DNA from: Candidatus Hydrogenedentota bacterium | GTDB taxonomy: Bacteria; Hydrogenedentota; Hydrogenedentia; Hydrogenedentales; JAGMZX01 | Assembly (NCBI GenBank): GCA_029556545.1 | Contig: JAKQEQ010000042.1 | Location: 18,729 to 82,728, forward strand | DNA length: 64,000 nucleotides | Direction of reading: 5' to 3' | Part shown: positions 42,325 to 51,486 of the stretch, in pieces | Numbering within the stretch: the first letter of the stretch is position 1 | Layout: each line of letters starts with the position of its first letter | Notes under the pieces: model-generated | What the model saw: only the letters and a program-made list of their open reading frames with translations | Databases searched by the model: none | What the model was told of the DNA's origin: nothing | Made by a program: the position numbers and the translations under genes

Positions 42325-43446
42325 ATGTTTATGGACCTGTTCCCCGCTGTAGACCCAATCCCTTTGCCGGCCCCCGTGTGGCTGTTCAAAGTACTGCACA
42401 GCGCCACGCTCGCGCTGCACTTCACGGCGGTCCACCTGCTCGTGGGCGGGCTGGCTATGGCCGCATTCTGGGCGTTAGTCGGCCGCATGCGCGGGGACGA
42501 GGCGCGCCTGAACGCAAGCGGCGCGCTGGCGTATCGGCTCCCTGTGGCCATGGCCTACGTGATCAACCTCGGCGTACCGCCGCTGCTGTTCGCGCAGGTC
42601 TTGTATGGCCGGGCGCTGTATACGTCGAGCGTGATCATCGGCCTGTACTGGATCAGCGTCGTCTTCCTGGTGATCGCGGCCTATTTCGTACTGTACATGA
42701 TGGCCAAGCGCGCGGAGAACGGCGTCGCTTACGGCTGGCTCGGCCTGATTGCCCTCGCCATCGTGCTTAAGGTCGCCGTCATCTATACCAACAACATGAC
42801 GCTGATGCTACGGCCCGACGCGTGGATCGAGATGTACCGGAACAACCCGGTCGGCGGGCAATTGAATGGAGACGACCCGACGGTGTTGCCGCGCTGGCTA
42901 TTCATGATGATCGGTTCGCTGGGCGTGGCCGGCGTCGGGCTTATCTTGCTCGGGATGAAGACCCGTCTGCCCGCCTCGGCCACCCTGCTGCTGCGACGCC
43001 GCGGCGGCCTGGCCCTGGCCGCATTCACGCTGCTGCAAGTGGCGCTGGCTTGGCGCGTGCTGGCGGCGCAACCGGAGTCGGTGCGCACGGCGTTAGCGGG
43101 CCACGCCTTTTACAGGCTCGTTGCCCTGCTCTGGCTGGCGACCGCCGTGCTGCTTGTGGCGCTGGGACTGTTTGCCGCCGTCCGCGCGGCCAAGCGCAGT
43201 TGGCTTTCCGCGACGCTCTGCGGCGCGGCGGCGTTCGTGAATATTCTGCTCATGGTGCTCTTCCGCGACGGTATCCGTGACATGGCCCTGCTGCAATTCG
43301 GCTACGACGTGTGGGCCCGTGAGATCAACACGAACTGGGCCATCGTCATGCTGTTCCTGGCGCTGTTTGTGGGGGCGGCGGGGCTGGTCGCGTGGATGGC
43401 GGCGGTTACCGCGCGAGCGAAAGGAGTGGACGAGACCTATGCCTGA
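42325..43446 (+). CDS. Polytopic membrane protein, divergent CydA-homologue
   Basis: PIPLPAP, LHFTAVHLLVGG, INLGVPPLLFAQVLYG; many TM helices. Confidence 0.65.
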   Translation: MFMDLFPAVDPIPLPAPVWLFKVLHSATLALHFTAVHLLVGGLAMAAFWALVGRMRGDEARLNASGALAYRLPVAMAYVINLGVPPLLFAQVLYGRALYTSSVIIGLYWISVVFLVIAAYFVLYMMAKRAENGVAYGWLGLIALAIVLKVAVIYTNNMTLMLRPDAWIEMYRNNPVGGQLNGDDPTVLPRWLFMMIGSLGVAGVGLILLGMKTRLPASATLLLRRRGGLALAAFTLLQVALAWRVLAAQPESVRTALAGHAFYRLVALLWLATAVLLVALGLFAAVRAAKRSWLSATLCGAAAFVNILLMVLFRDGIRDMALLQFGYDVWAREINTNWAIVMLFLALFVGAAGLVAWMAAVTARAKGVDETYA

Positions 43447-43939
43447 ACAGGAATCCAAGGGCGATCCCGCCCCGGCAACGGAAATGTCGGAAGCGGTAAG
43501 CCGGCGCGCCTTCGCCGCGCGCGTGGGCTTGGGCGCGGTCGGCGCGTGCTACGCCGCGGCTTTCGGCTACCCCGTGTATCGCTACCTTGCCGCGCCCGCC
43601 CGGGACGCTGCGGAGCTCGCGGCGATCACCGAAGTGACGATTCCCCGGGAGAACATCCCGCCCGCGGGATCCGTGCTGATGTTCAAGTTCGGCGCGAAGC
43701 CCGCCATGCTGATTCACCACGCGGACGGGGGGAAGGTGTGCTTTTCGGCGGTCTGCACGCACCTTGGCTGCACGGTGCAGTACCAGGCGGCCGAGGACCA
43801 CATCCATTGCGCGTGTCACGGCGGTGTGTACGACAGCCGCACGGGAAAAAACGTGAGCGGTCCGCCGCCGAAACCGCTCCCCCGATTTGACGTGATAGAG
43901 GAGACTCCCGATGGCCCAGTCGTCGTCAAGCGTGTCTGA
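43439..43939 (+). CDS. Rieske 2Fe-2S subunit (Tat signal)
   Basis: SRRAF Tat-like motif; CTHLGC and CACHGGVY; SGPPPKPL. Confidence 0.93.
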   Translation: MPEQESKGDPAPATEMSEAVSRRAFAARVGLGAVGACYAAAFGYPVYRYLAAPARDAAELAAITEVTIPRENIPPAGSVLMFKFGAKPAMLIHHADGGKVCFSAVCTHLGCTVQYQAAEDHIHCACHGGVYDSRTGKNVSGPPPKPLPRFDVIEETPDGPVVVKRV

Positions 43940-45032
43940 CGCGCCGCCGCGCGGCCCGATCTACGAGTGGTTAAATGATCGGCTCGGGCTCGATTGGTTC
44001 CTCGCGTTCGCGCGGAAGAAGACGGTCCCGGACCACGCCCACACCTTCTGGTACTACTGGGGCGGGATTTCGCTGTTCTTCTTCGTGGTGCAGTTGGTGA
44101 GCGGCATCCTGCTGCTGATGTACTACCGTCCCGGCGAGCAGGCCTACGACTCCGTGCGCGAGATCACCTACGCGATCGATTTCGGCTGGCTCATCCGCTC
44201 CGCGCACTCGTGGTCCGCGAACCTGATGGTGCTGGCCGTGTTCATCCACATGTTCTCCGTGTTCTTCATGAAGGCGTATCGCAAGCCCCGCGAGTTCGGG
44301 TGGTGGAGCGGCCTTGTCCTGCTCGGGCTGACCATGGTTTTCGGGTTCAGCGGCTACCTCCTGCCCATGGACGACCTGGCCTATTTCGCGACCCAGGTCG
44401 GACTGAATATCCCGAAGAGCCTGCCCGGCATGGGGCCGATCATCGAGCAACTCGTGCAGGGCGGCCCGGACGTGTCGAGCGTCACCATACAACGGTTCTT
44501 CGCGCTGCACGTGGTCGTGCTGCCGCTGGTTTTCCTCGGCGTGCTCGCGTTCCACCTGTGGCTCGTGTTCAAACACGGCAGCGCGCTGCCCCCTTCGGAG
44601 GAGGTCAAGCCGGAACCGCAGCGCCGCTCGATCCCGTTCTTCCCAAACTTCATGCTGAAAGACCTGGCGATGTGGCTGTTCGCGCTGAACCTGCTGACCC
44701 TGCTCGCGTTTCTCTACCCGTGGCCGCTCGGGCCCCAGGCGGACCCGCTCGCCGCCGCGCCCGAGGGCATTCACCCCGAGTGGTATTTCATGAGCCAATT
44801 CCAGGCGCTCAAGGTGATTGGCCGCTACGTGCCCGGCATGGCGGGCGAATTGCTCGGCATCGGCCTGTTCTCGATGGGCGGCGTCCTCTGGGGCCTTATC
44901 CCCTTCTTCGATACCCGCAAGGCAGGTGCGGCCCGGGCGCGCGCAATCACGTGGTTCGGATTGGCGGTCGTGCTGGGGCTGGCGGCGCTGACCGTCATGG
45001 GATATTGGGAAGTATGGAGCGTCGCGGAATGA
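43911..45032 (+). CDS. Cytochrome b of a Rieske/cytb complex
   Basis: GWLIRSAHSWSAN, HMFSV, GYLLP, RFFALH...FHL, HPEWYF. Confidence 0.95.
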   Translation: MAQSSSSVSDAPPRGPIYEWLNDRLGLDWFLAFARKKTVPDHAHTFWYYWGGISLFFFVVQLVSGILLLMYYRPGEQAYDSVREITYAIDFGWLIRSAHSWSANLMVLAVFIHMFSVFFMKAYRKPREFGWWSGLVLLGLTMVFGFSGYLLPMDDLAYFATQVGLNIPKSLPGMGPIIEQLVQGGPDVSSVTIQRFFALHVVVLPLVFLGVLAFHLWLVFKHGSALPPSEEVKPEPQRRSIPFFPNFMLKDLAMWLFALNLLTLLAFLYPWPLGPQADPLAAAPEGIHPEWYFMSQFQALKVIGRYVPGMAGELLGIGLFSMGGVLWGLIPFFDTRKAGAARARAITWFGLAVVLGLAALTVMGYWEVWSVAE

Positions 45033-45078
45033 GAATTGGGGATCTTCCCTGGTTCTTCAGTCGTTTGGGAGAATTGAG

Positions 45079-46482
45079 ATGAATTACCCCCTCTGGGACG
45101 TGCCCGTCATCGGCGGCATGTGGGTCATTGGCGGGATCGCGATCATCCACGTGATGATCTCGCATTTCGCCATCGGCGGCGGCTTCTATTTGCCAATGGC
45201 CGAGCGAAAGGCCCTGCGCGAAGGCCGCGACGACTGGATGCAAGTCCTTCGGAAGCACGCGAAGTTCTTCATGGTGCTCACGGCGGTCTTCGGCGCGGTG
45301 ACCGGCGTCGGCATCTGGTTCTCGATCGGTCTGGCCAATCCCGAGGGCACCAGCACGCTTATTCACAACTTCGTGTTCGGCTGGGCCATGGAATACGCGT
45401 TCTTCCTCGCGGAGATCACGGCCGCCGCGGTCTATTACTACACCTGGGGCCGTGTCTCCGACCGCCTCCATCTGATGATCGGCTGGATATACGCCGGGAC
45501 CGCATGGATGAGCCTCGTCATCATCAACGGCATCCTCGCGTTCATGCTCACGCCCGGCCGCGCGTGGCTCGAAGTCGCGGGCACAGGCGACGAGGCGGCG
45601 CGCTTCTGGAGCGCCTTCTTCAATCCGACCTACTTCCCGAGCCTCGCGCTGCGCACCCTGGTGTGCATCTCCCTGGCGGGCATCTGGGCGTTCGTCACCG
45701 CAAGCCGTATCGACAGTTATGCCCAACCGAGACTCAAGACCGAAGTGCTGCGCTGGTCCGTCAAATGGCTTATCCCGTCCTTTGTGCTGTTGCCGTTCTG
45801 CTTCGCCTGGTACCTCGCCATGGTCCCCGAGCAACAGTTGAATCTCCTCGAACTCGGCATCAGCACCATCGGCCAAGGCACCTTCACCCAGGTCACCCGC
45901 GCCGCGCTCGTGACCGTGATGACCTCCGCGACCATCGCCGCCATAGCCTACCTCTTCGCGTGGCGGCATCCCCTCGACTTCAACTTCGGCCACGCCTGCG
46001 CGCTGTTGTTCCTGGCGTTCGCGGCCACCGGCGCCACCGAATACGCCCGCGAGATGCTGCGCAAGCCCTACGTCGTCGGCGATCACATGTACTCGAACGG
46101 CGTGCGCAAGAGCGACGTCGATCGCTTCAACCGCGACGGCTACCTGACGCGCAGCCCCTGGGCCCGCCCCGCGGAACGCGCGGGCGTAGCGGCTGTGGTG
46201 ACTTCAGGTTCCCAGGTTGAGGCCGCGCACCTGGGCCGGGGCTGGCTCATGTTCCGCGGCCAGTGCATGGCCTGCCACACCATAGACGGCTACCGATCGA
46301 TGCGCCGGCTTCTGGCCGACCGCGATCGCGAGGCCATCGGCAGCATCCTTACCATGCTCCACGAATACAAGGAAGACTCGACATACCGCGCGTACATGCC
46401 GCCGCTCGTCGGCTTGCCTGAGGAGGTCGATGCGCTCGGCGACTACCTCGCCACCCTGACGCCCAAGCCCGGCAATACGTGA
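45079..46482 (+). CDS. Cytochrome bd subunit I-like protein with C-terminal c-type heme
   Basis: HVMISHFAIGGG, GAVTGVGIW, WAMEYAFF, EYAREMLRKPY, CMACH...YMPP. Confidence 0.85.
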   Translation: MNYPLWDVPVIGGMWVIGGIAIIHVMISHFAIGGGFYLPMAERKALREGRDDWMQVLRKHAKFFMVLTAVFGAVTGVGIWFSIGLANPEGTSTLIHNFVFGWAMEYAFFLAEITAAAVYYYTWGRVSDRLHLMIGWIYAGTAWMSLVIINGILAFMLTPGRAWLEVAGTGDEAARFWSAFFNPTYFPSLALRTLVCISLAGIWAFVTASRIDSYAQPRLKTEVLRWSVKWLIPSFVLLPFCFAWYLAMVPEQQLNLLELGISTIGQGTFTQVTRAALVTVMTSATIAAIAYLFAWRHPLDFNFGHACALLFLAFAATGATEYAREMLRKPYVVGDHMYSNGVRKSDVDRFNRDGYLTRSPWARPAERAGVAAVVTSGSQVEAAHLGRGWLMFRGQCMACHTIDGYRSMRRLLADRDREAIGSILTMLHEYKEDSTYRAYMPPLVGLPEEVDALGDYLATLTPKPGNT

Positions 46483-46559
46483 TCAAGTTCGCCGTCATCG
46501 TTGTCGTCCAGGTGCGGCTTTCGATGCAACTGCGGTACAATGTTTTCAGCCCGCCCGAC

Positions 46560-46643
46560 GGAGGGTTAGCGTAATTGGTAACGCACCGGTCTTGAAAACC
46601 GGCGCCTTCGGGCTTGGGGGTTCGAGTCCCCCACCCTCCGCCA
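46560..46643 (+). tRNA. tRNA-Ser(TGA)
   Basis: GGAGGGT/ACCCTCC acceptor stem + G73 + CCA; CCGGT-ctTGAaa-ACCGG anticodon arm; gcc-ttcg-ggc variable arm; GGGGG-TTCGAGT-CCCCC T arm. Confidence 0.95.
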
Positions 46644-47219
46644 TCACTGTAAACACGCACAATACCCCCGAAAACACAAGCGATTCCGCAAACAGCCCGC
46701 CGGTTCCGTAAGTGACCCCAAGCGCCCCCAAGCGTTCTCAAGAGTCGTTAATTCGTCCAAAATTCGTCCAGGTAAGTCGGCGCTTCACCCGTATCCTTTT
46801 CTCCGAGGACACGTCCGCGATCCTGTAATTCCACCAGCCGGTGGCCTTTCACCCTCATGATCGGAAATCCCGACCCGCCTCCGTACCCGCGGGCATGTCC
46901 GGCGGCCCGTCATCCGGCCCGCGGACCCGCACCCGAAACCCGCTCGCCGGAGGCGGCGATAGTCCGTTCTTCCCCTGCTCCCGGCACAGGCGTGTTCCGC
47001 CGATAAGTCCGTGTTTTCGGTCATACCTCGGGCGCGCTACCACATTTGTAAGTGCCTGTCAGGACACCCCTTAGAAAACCGACTTGACTTCTGGTATATC
47101 CCTGTGGTCAAGCGCACATCCCATGCGACTGCTTGACTCGGGCGCGGAGAACAGGTACGCTCTAGTGGATTTGCACCGTAACAAGGGGAGCGTTTTTCGC
47201 GAACTCGACCGGAGGGATT

Positions 47220-47355
47220 GTGCCTCGGATTTTCGACAATATCGGCGAGTCGCTTCTGCCCGCCTTGCAGAACACGCTTAAGCTGTCTCATCGGGCGGAT
47301 TTCTGTGTTGGATACTTCAATCTTCGCGGTTGGCGGCTCGTGGATTCCCTGACGA
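47220..47355 (+). pseudogene. N-terminal remnant of a PLD-domain/SNF2-type helicase
   Basis: [38 protein letters not shown] after a GGAGG SD; similarity stops after about 45 aa. Confidence 0.6.
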
Positions 47356-47497
47356 CGGCACCCTGGGAAGTAGCCCGGCAGCCCGCCAATGAAGGGATGC
47401 ACCGGACGGACGAACTGGACGACGGCGTGCGCAACCCGCCGTCAGTTCTTTTCGGGGCTCTTGAGAGAATCACCTGCCGAAAACGCATTCCACAGTC

Positions 47498-50400
47498 TCA
47501 GGCGGCGACGGCGACGGCAAATCTTCCGCGCACGCTGCGGTCCCAGACGTAGTCGTATACCCGCTTCACAAGCGTCTCGGTTTCCTCTTCGGAAAACGGC
47601 GGTTGGGGAAGGCTCTGCCAGAGCGAATCCCGAATTACTGTTTCCACCTGGGCTTGCGTGGCAGCATTCTTCGTCCAGTCGTGCATCGGTTCGAGCAGTT
47701 GGACAAGCGTACTCAACAGGGACCGGCTGGCCTGTTTGAGCCGCTCCCGGTCGGCTTTACTGATGTCCTCCCGGAACAGCATCTGGAACAGGGCGTACTC
47801 GGTCTCGGAAAGCCCTTCCTCCGCTGCTTTCCGCTGTTCCGCGTCGAGTTCCTGGGCGAGTGCAACCAGTCTCGTGAAAGTCTCCTCCACGGAGACTCGG
47901 TCCTTTTCCCGGTTGTAGTCGGCGATGATTTCCTGATACCGCTTGTAGTAATCCATCCGCGCCGGGTTGACGGCAAGCATGGCGGCCAGCTTCTCTTCCA
48001 CAAGTTGGCAGAGGTCCTGGACCGCCGTATGCTTCCGGGTCACTCGCGACGCGAATTCCTCCCGCAACCGCTCGAAATCAATCGTGCTCAGGTCCACCGC
48101 GAGACCCTCGGCGCGGTCGTCGCCGGGCTGCTGCGCGCGGATGGCCTCGTTGACGATTCGATGTATTTCCTTCAAGACCTCCGTGACGTCGGCCGTGTCG
48201 CGCCGCTCCAAGAGCTTCCTGTAAATGGTCTCGATATTGTCATGCCGCTCCACGTAGGCGTAGGCGCCAGGCTCCGTGACCAGGGCCTTGAACCGGGAAA
48301 ACACCTGGCGCGCGATGATCTCGAATTTCCGTCTTGCCGCATCTGACGTGTAAAGCACCTCGACGGCGTCGCGCAACGCCTCGATTCGGTCGAAGCCGCG
48401 CGCGCCGGCGAACCTGCCCGGATCAAACCCCAAGGCGCGGAGATGCCCCTCAGCGGCCTCGATGGCATCCACGAGCGCCGCGACAAGCGCCTCGATAGGC
48501 TCTGCGACGTCTTCCACTCCGCCCGCGCCGTCGTCGTCAACGCCCTCATCCCCGAGCGCGTACTGCGCAAGCGCCTCCCGCAGGCTTCGCAGCATGCCGT
48601 TGTAGTCCACGATAACGCCGCACTCCTTGCCGGGGTACACCCGGTTGGGGCGGGCAATCGCCTGCATCAGCGTATGCGCTTTCATCGGCTTATCGATGTA
48701 CAACGTCGAGAGACACTCGACGTCGAAGCCCGTCAGCCACATGGCGCACACAATGGCCACGCGGAATGGATGTTCCGGGTCCTTGAAGGCGTCCTCGACG
48801 CTGACGCGGCGCCCGTCCGGCGTCTCGAAGCCGAATTTCATGACGGTGCGATGGGGGATGATATCAACGCCCCACCGCTGGAAGTCCCGCACCTCGTTCT
48901 GCGCCTCGCTGATGATGAACTCGATGATCGCGCTTTCCATCCACGCGATTTGCCCGCGCAGGGCGGTTATCTTTCGCAGGACGGCCTCGCGCTCATCTTC
49001 ATCGGAACAAGCCGCGAACGCCGACTCCACCGCCGCCAATTCGCCCCGCAGCGCGGCTGTCTTCGCGTCCCAACGGGGCATGATCCGCTGATGCATGCGC
49101 CCGCACGTGATCTTGTCGATGCACACCATCATCGACTTGCCGCTTTCCCATCGAGCGGCGCAATGTTCGACAAAATCGTCCGCCAGCTTGTCCAGCCGGT
49201 CATCCGCGGTAATGACTTCGTAATCCTGCCCGAGCAACCGCTCGAGCAGTGCCGTCTGGTCCACATCGAGTTCGGCCTCTTCGATCTTTTCGGCGATCTG
49301 GTCGTTCAGGTCGAGCCGCGCGATGCCCAATTTTTCGCCCCGGCTCTCGTAGACCAGTTTGACCGTTGAATTGTCTTCCTCCGAACGCTTGAAATCGTAC
49401 CGGGAAACGTAATCGCCGAAAATGCGTCGTGTCAGTTCGTCATGTTTGAACAAGGGCGTGCCCGTGAACCCGATGAACGAAGCGTTCGGCAGGGCCAGCC
49501 GCATGTTCCGCGCGAATTTGCCCGCCTGCGTGCGGTGCGCCTCGTCCGAGATCACGATGATGTCGTCGCGCTCGCTGTAGGGCGCGGTCACGTCCTGATT
49601 GAACTTGTGGATGAGGCTGAAGATGAAGCCGTGGTTCTCGCCGAGCAGGCGACGCAGGTCGTCGCCCGAGGCCGCGCGCGGCGTCTGTTCATTCGCCACG
49701 CCGCAGCCCACAAAGGTGCGGAACAACTGCTCGTCGAGGTCTTCCCGGTCCGTCATCAACACGAACGTGAAGTTGCCCGGCACCACGCGCCGCACCTTCT
49801 CCGCGAAAAACACCATCGAATACGACTTGCCGCTCCCCTGCGTGTGCCAGAACACGCCCAGGCGCCCGAGGTCGGGGTGCGCGCGCTCGATCACTTGCAG
49901 CAGTTCCGTTTCTCTTCGCGGGAGCGCCCTGGCGGCCTCGCCTTCTTCGGCGGCCTTCTTCGGCACCGAACGCTGTATCTCATAGCGAAGCAGGCGCTCT
50001 TCCGGCGGATATTCGCGCTTCAAGTCCTCCTGACGCCGCACCGACGCTACCGCGCGGTTAACGCCCAGCACCTGATGGTTCCGCGCCATTATCTTCCGCG
50101 TGCCACCCGCGCGGCTGTCGTCGAACAACACAAAATTCTCGATCAGATCGAGCAGCCGATCCTTCGCAAGCATCCCCTCGACCAGCGCCTGCGCGTCCAG
50201 CCGCGCCGTGGACTGCTCGTCGTCCCGCTTCCACTCCGCGAAATGCTCCCACCGGCCCGTGATCGTGCCGTACCGCGCCCGGTCGCCGTTACTGACCACC
50301 AGAAATGCGTTGTGGTGGAACGCGTGCGCGATCGTGTATTCGTTCAGGTAATCGGTCAGGTTCTTGTCGAATCCCTCGCGGATGTTCTTGTAGACCGCCT

Positions 50401-50914
50401 TCAACTCGATGAAGACCAGCGGCAGCCCGTTTACGAAACACACCAGGTCCGCGCGTCGGTTGTAATGCGGCACGCGCACCCCCTGTATCTTCAACTCGCG
50501 CACCGCCAGAAAGCGGTTATTCGCCGGTGCCCGGAAGTCGATCACCCGCGCCCGTGCGTACTGCGTCTCGCCGGACCCGTCCCGCCACTCGACCGGCACC
50601 CCATTCCGGATATACCCGTGGAACTCCCGGTTGTGCTGCACCAGCGACCGCGAATAATCCACCCGCGTCAGTTTTTCGACCGCCTGCTCGACTGCTTCCC
50701 CCGGCAATTCCGGATTCAACCGGACCACCGCCGCCCGCAAGTCCCGCGTCAGCACCACCTCCCGCTCCGAACCCCGCCCCAGCAGCCCCGACGGCCCGAA
50801 CGTCTCCTCGTTCCACGCGAAACACGTCTCCCAACCCAGCGCTTCCTCAAGGTGCCGCGCCACGGTCTCCTGGACCAGCCGGTCTTCGCTGTTGATGTCC
50901 GTAATCAACGCCAA
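47498..50914 (-). CDS. hsdR: Type I restriction endonuclease subunit R
   Basis: [58 protein letters not shown]. Confidence 0.95.
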   Translation of the reverse strand: MALITDINSEDRLVQETVARHLEEALGWETCFAWNEETFGPSGLLGRGSEREVVLTRDLRAAVVRLNPELPGEAVEQAVEKLTRVDYSRSLVQHNREFHGYIRNGVPVEWRDGSGETQYARARVIDFRAPANNRFLAVRELKIQGVRVPHYNRRADLVCFVNGLPLVFIELKAVYKNIREGFDKNLTDYLNEYTIAHAFHHNAFLVVSNGDRARYGTITGRWEHFAEWKRDDEQSTARLDAQALVEGMLAKDRLLDLIENFVLFDDSRAGGTRKIMARNHQVLGVNRAVASVRRQEDLKREYPPEERLLRYEIQRSVPKKAAEEGEAARALPRRETELLQVIERAHPDLGRLGVFWHTQGSGKSYSMVFFAEKVRRVVPGNFTFVLMTDREDLDEQLFRTFVGCGVANEQTPRAASGDDLRRLLGENHGFIFSLIHKFNQDVTAPYSERDDIIVISDEAHRTQAGKFARNMRLALPNASFIGFTGTPLFKHDELTRRIFGDYVSRYDFKRSEEDNSTVKLVYESRGEKLGIARLDLNDQIAEKIEEAELDVDQTALLERLLGQDYEVITADDRLDKLADDFVEHCAARWESGKSMMVCIDKITCGRMHQRIMPRWDAKTAALRGELAAVESAFAACSDEDEREAVLRKITALRGQIAWMESAIIEFIISEAQNEVRDFQRWGVDIIPHRTVMKFGFETPDGRRVSVEDAFKDPEHPFRVAIVCAMWLTGFDVECLSTLYIDKPMKAHTLMQAIARPNRVYPGKECGVIVDYNGMLRSLREALAQYALGDEGVDDDGAGGVEDVAEPIEALVAALVDAIEAAEGHLRALGFDPGRFAGARGFDRIEALRDAVEVLYTSDAARRKFEIIARQVFSRFKALVTEPGAYAYVERHDNIETIYRKLLERRDTADVTEVLKEIHRIVNEAIRAQQPGDDRAEGLAVDLSTIDFERLREEFASRVTRKHTAVQDLCQLVEEKLAAMLAVNPARMDYYKRYQEIIADYNREKDRVSVEETFTRLVALAQELDAEQRKAAEEGLSETEYALFQMLFREDISKADRERLKQASRSLLSTLVQLLEPMHDWTKNAATQAQVETVIRDSLWQSLPQPPFSEEETETLVKRVYDYVWDRSVRGRFAVAVAA

Positions 50915-51138
50915 TCGGCCTTTCTAAAGGACACTCAGCCCAATTCTAAAGGACATTCGGTTTTGGGCGCCATTTATATAAAACATTGCGCTGCAATGCG
51001 TTACAGCAATTCATATCGTACAGGGTCTTTATAGACATCGGTTATTTGCAGCATTTTGGACTTTATGCCGTCTGTGGCCTCACGAGCCACGGGGACGGGA
51101 ATAAACATGCCCGCAGTCGCTTGACCCAAGCCGCCATT

Positions 51139-51212
51139 CCTTCGCTGGTCGTGTCCGCAATCATCGCCTATCCGCCTTTCTATTGGACACTCGACGCAAG
51201 TCAATTGGACAA
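51139..51212 (-). pseudogene. Decayed duplicate of the hsdR 5' end and its leader
   Basis: Reverse complement gagtgtccaatagaaaggcggataggcgATGattgcggacacgaccagcgaag aligns without gaps to the hsdR start region. Confidence 0.65.
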
Positions 51213-51384
51213 TGCTCCAATTGTGCCCAATATGCAAATCCTTTCCATTGCACAGTTTACGAGATTTGAAGCGATCCGGTCTATTGACCCATTCAGGTAT
51301 TTGTCCAATAGAACTCGGCCCACGACCTTCCAATTGCCTCGGGAAGACACCCGACTCAATTTGCCGATGCAGCAGCCCTTTCCA

Positions 51385-51471
51385 CGCGGACTGCCACCTT
51401 GGCTCATCACGCAGATACTCTGCCAGCGTCGCTTGGGCCAGCCGGTCCTCGCTGTTGATGTCGGTGACCAT
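51385..51471 (-). pseudogene. Truncated hsdR N-terminus
   Basis: [28 protein letters not shown] versus hsd[29 protein letters not shown]. Confidence 0.75.
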
Positions 51472-51486
51472 GTGGATGTTATCGAT

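Noticed and set aside
46560-46643. tRNA-Sec or suppressor tRNA
   Set aside because: The anticodon is TGA (reads UCA, Ser), not TCA, and the acceptor stem is a normal 7 bp.
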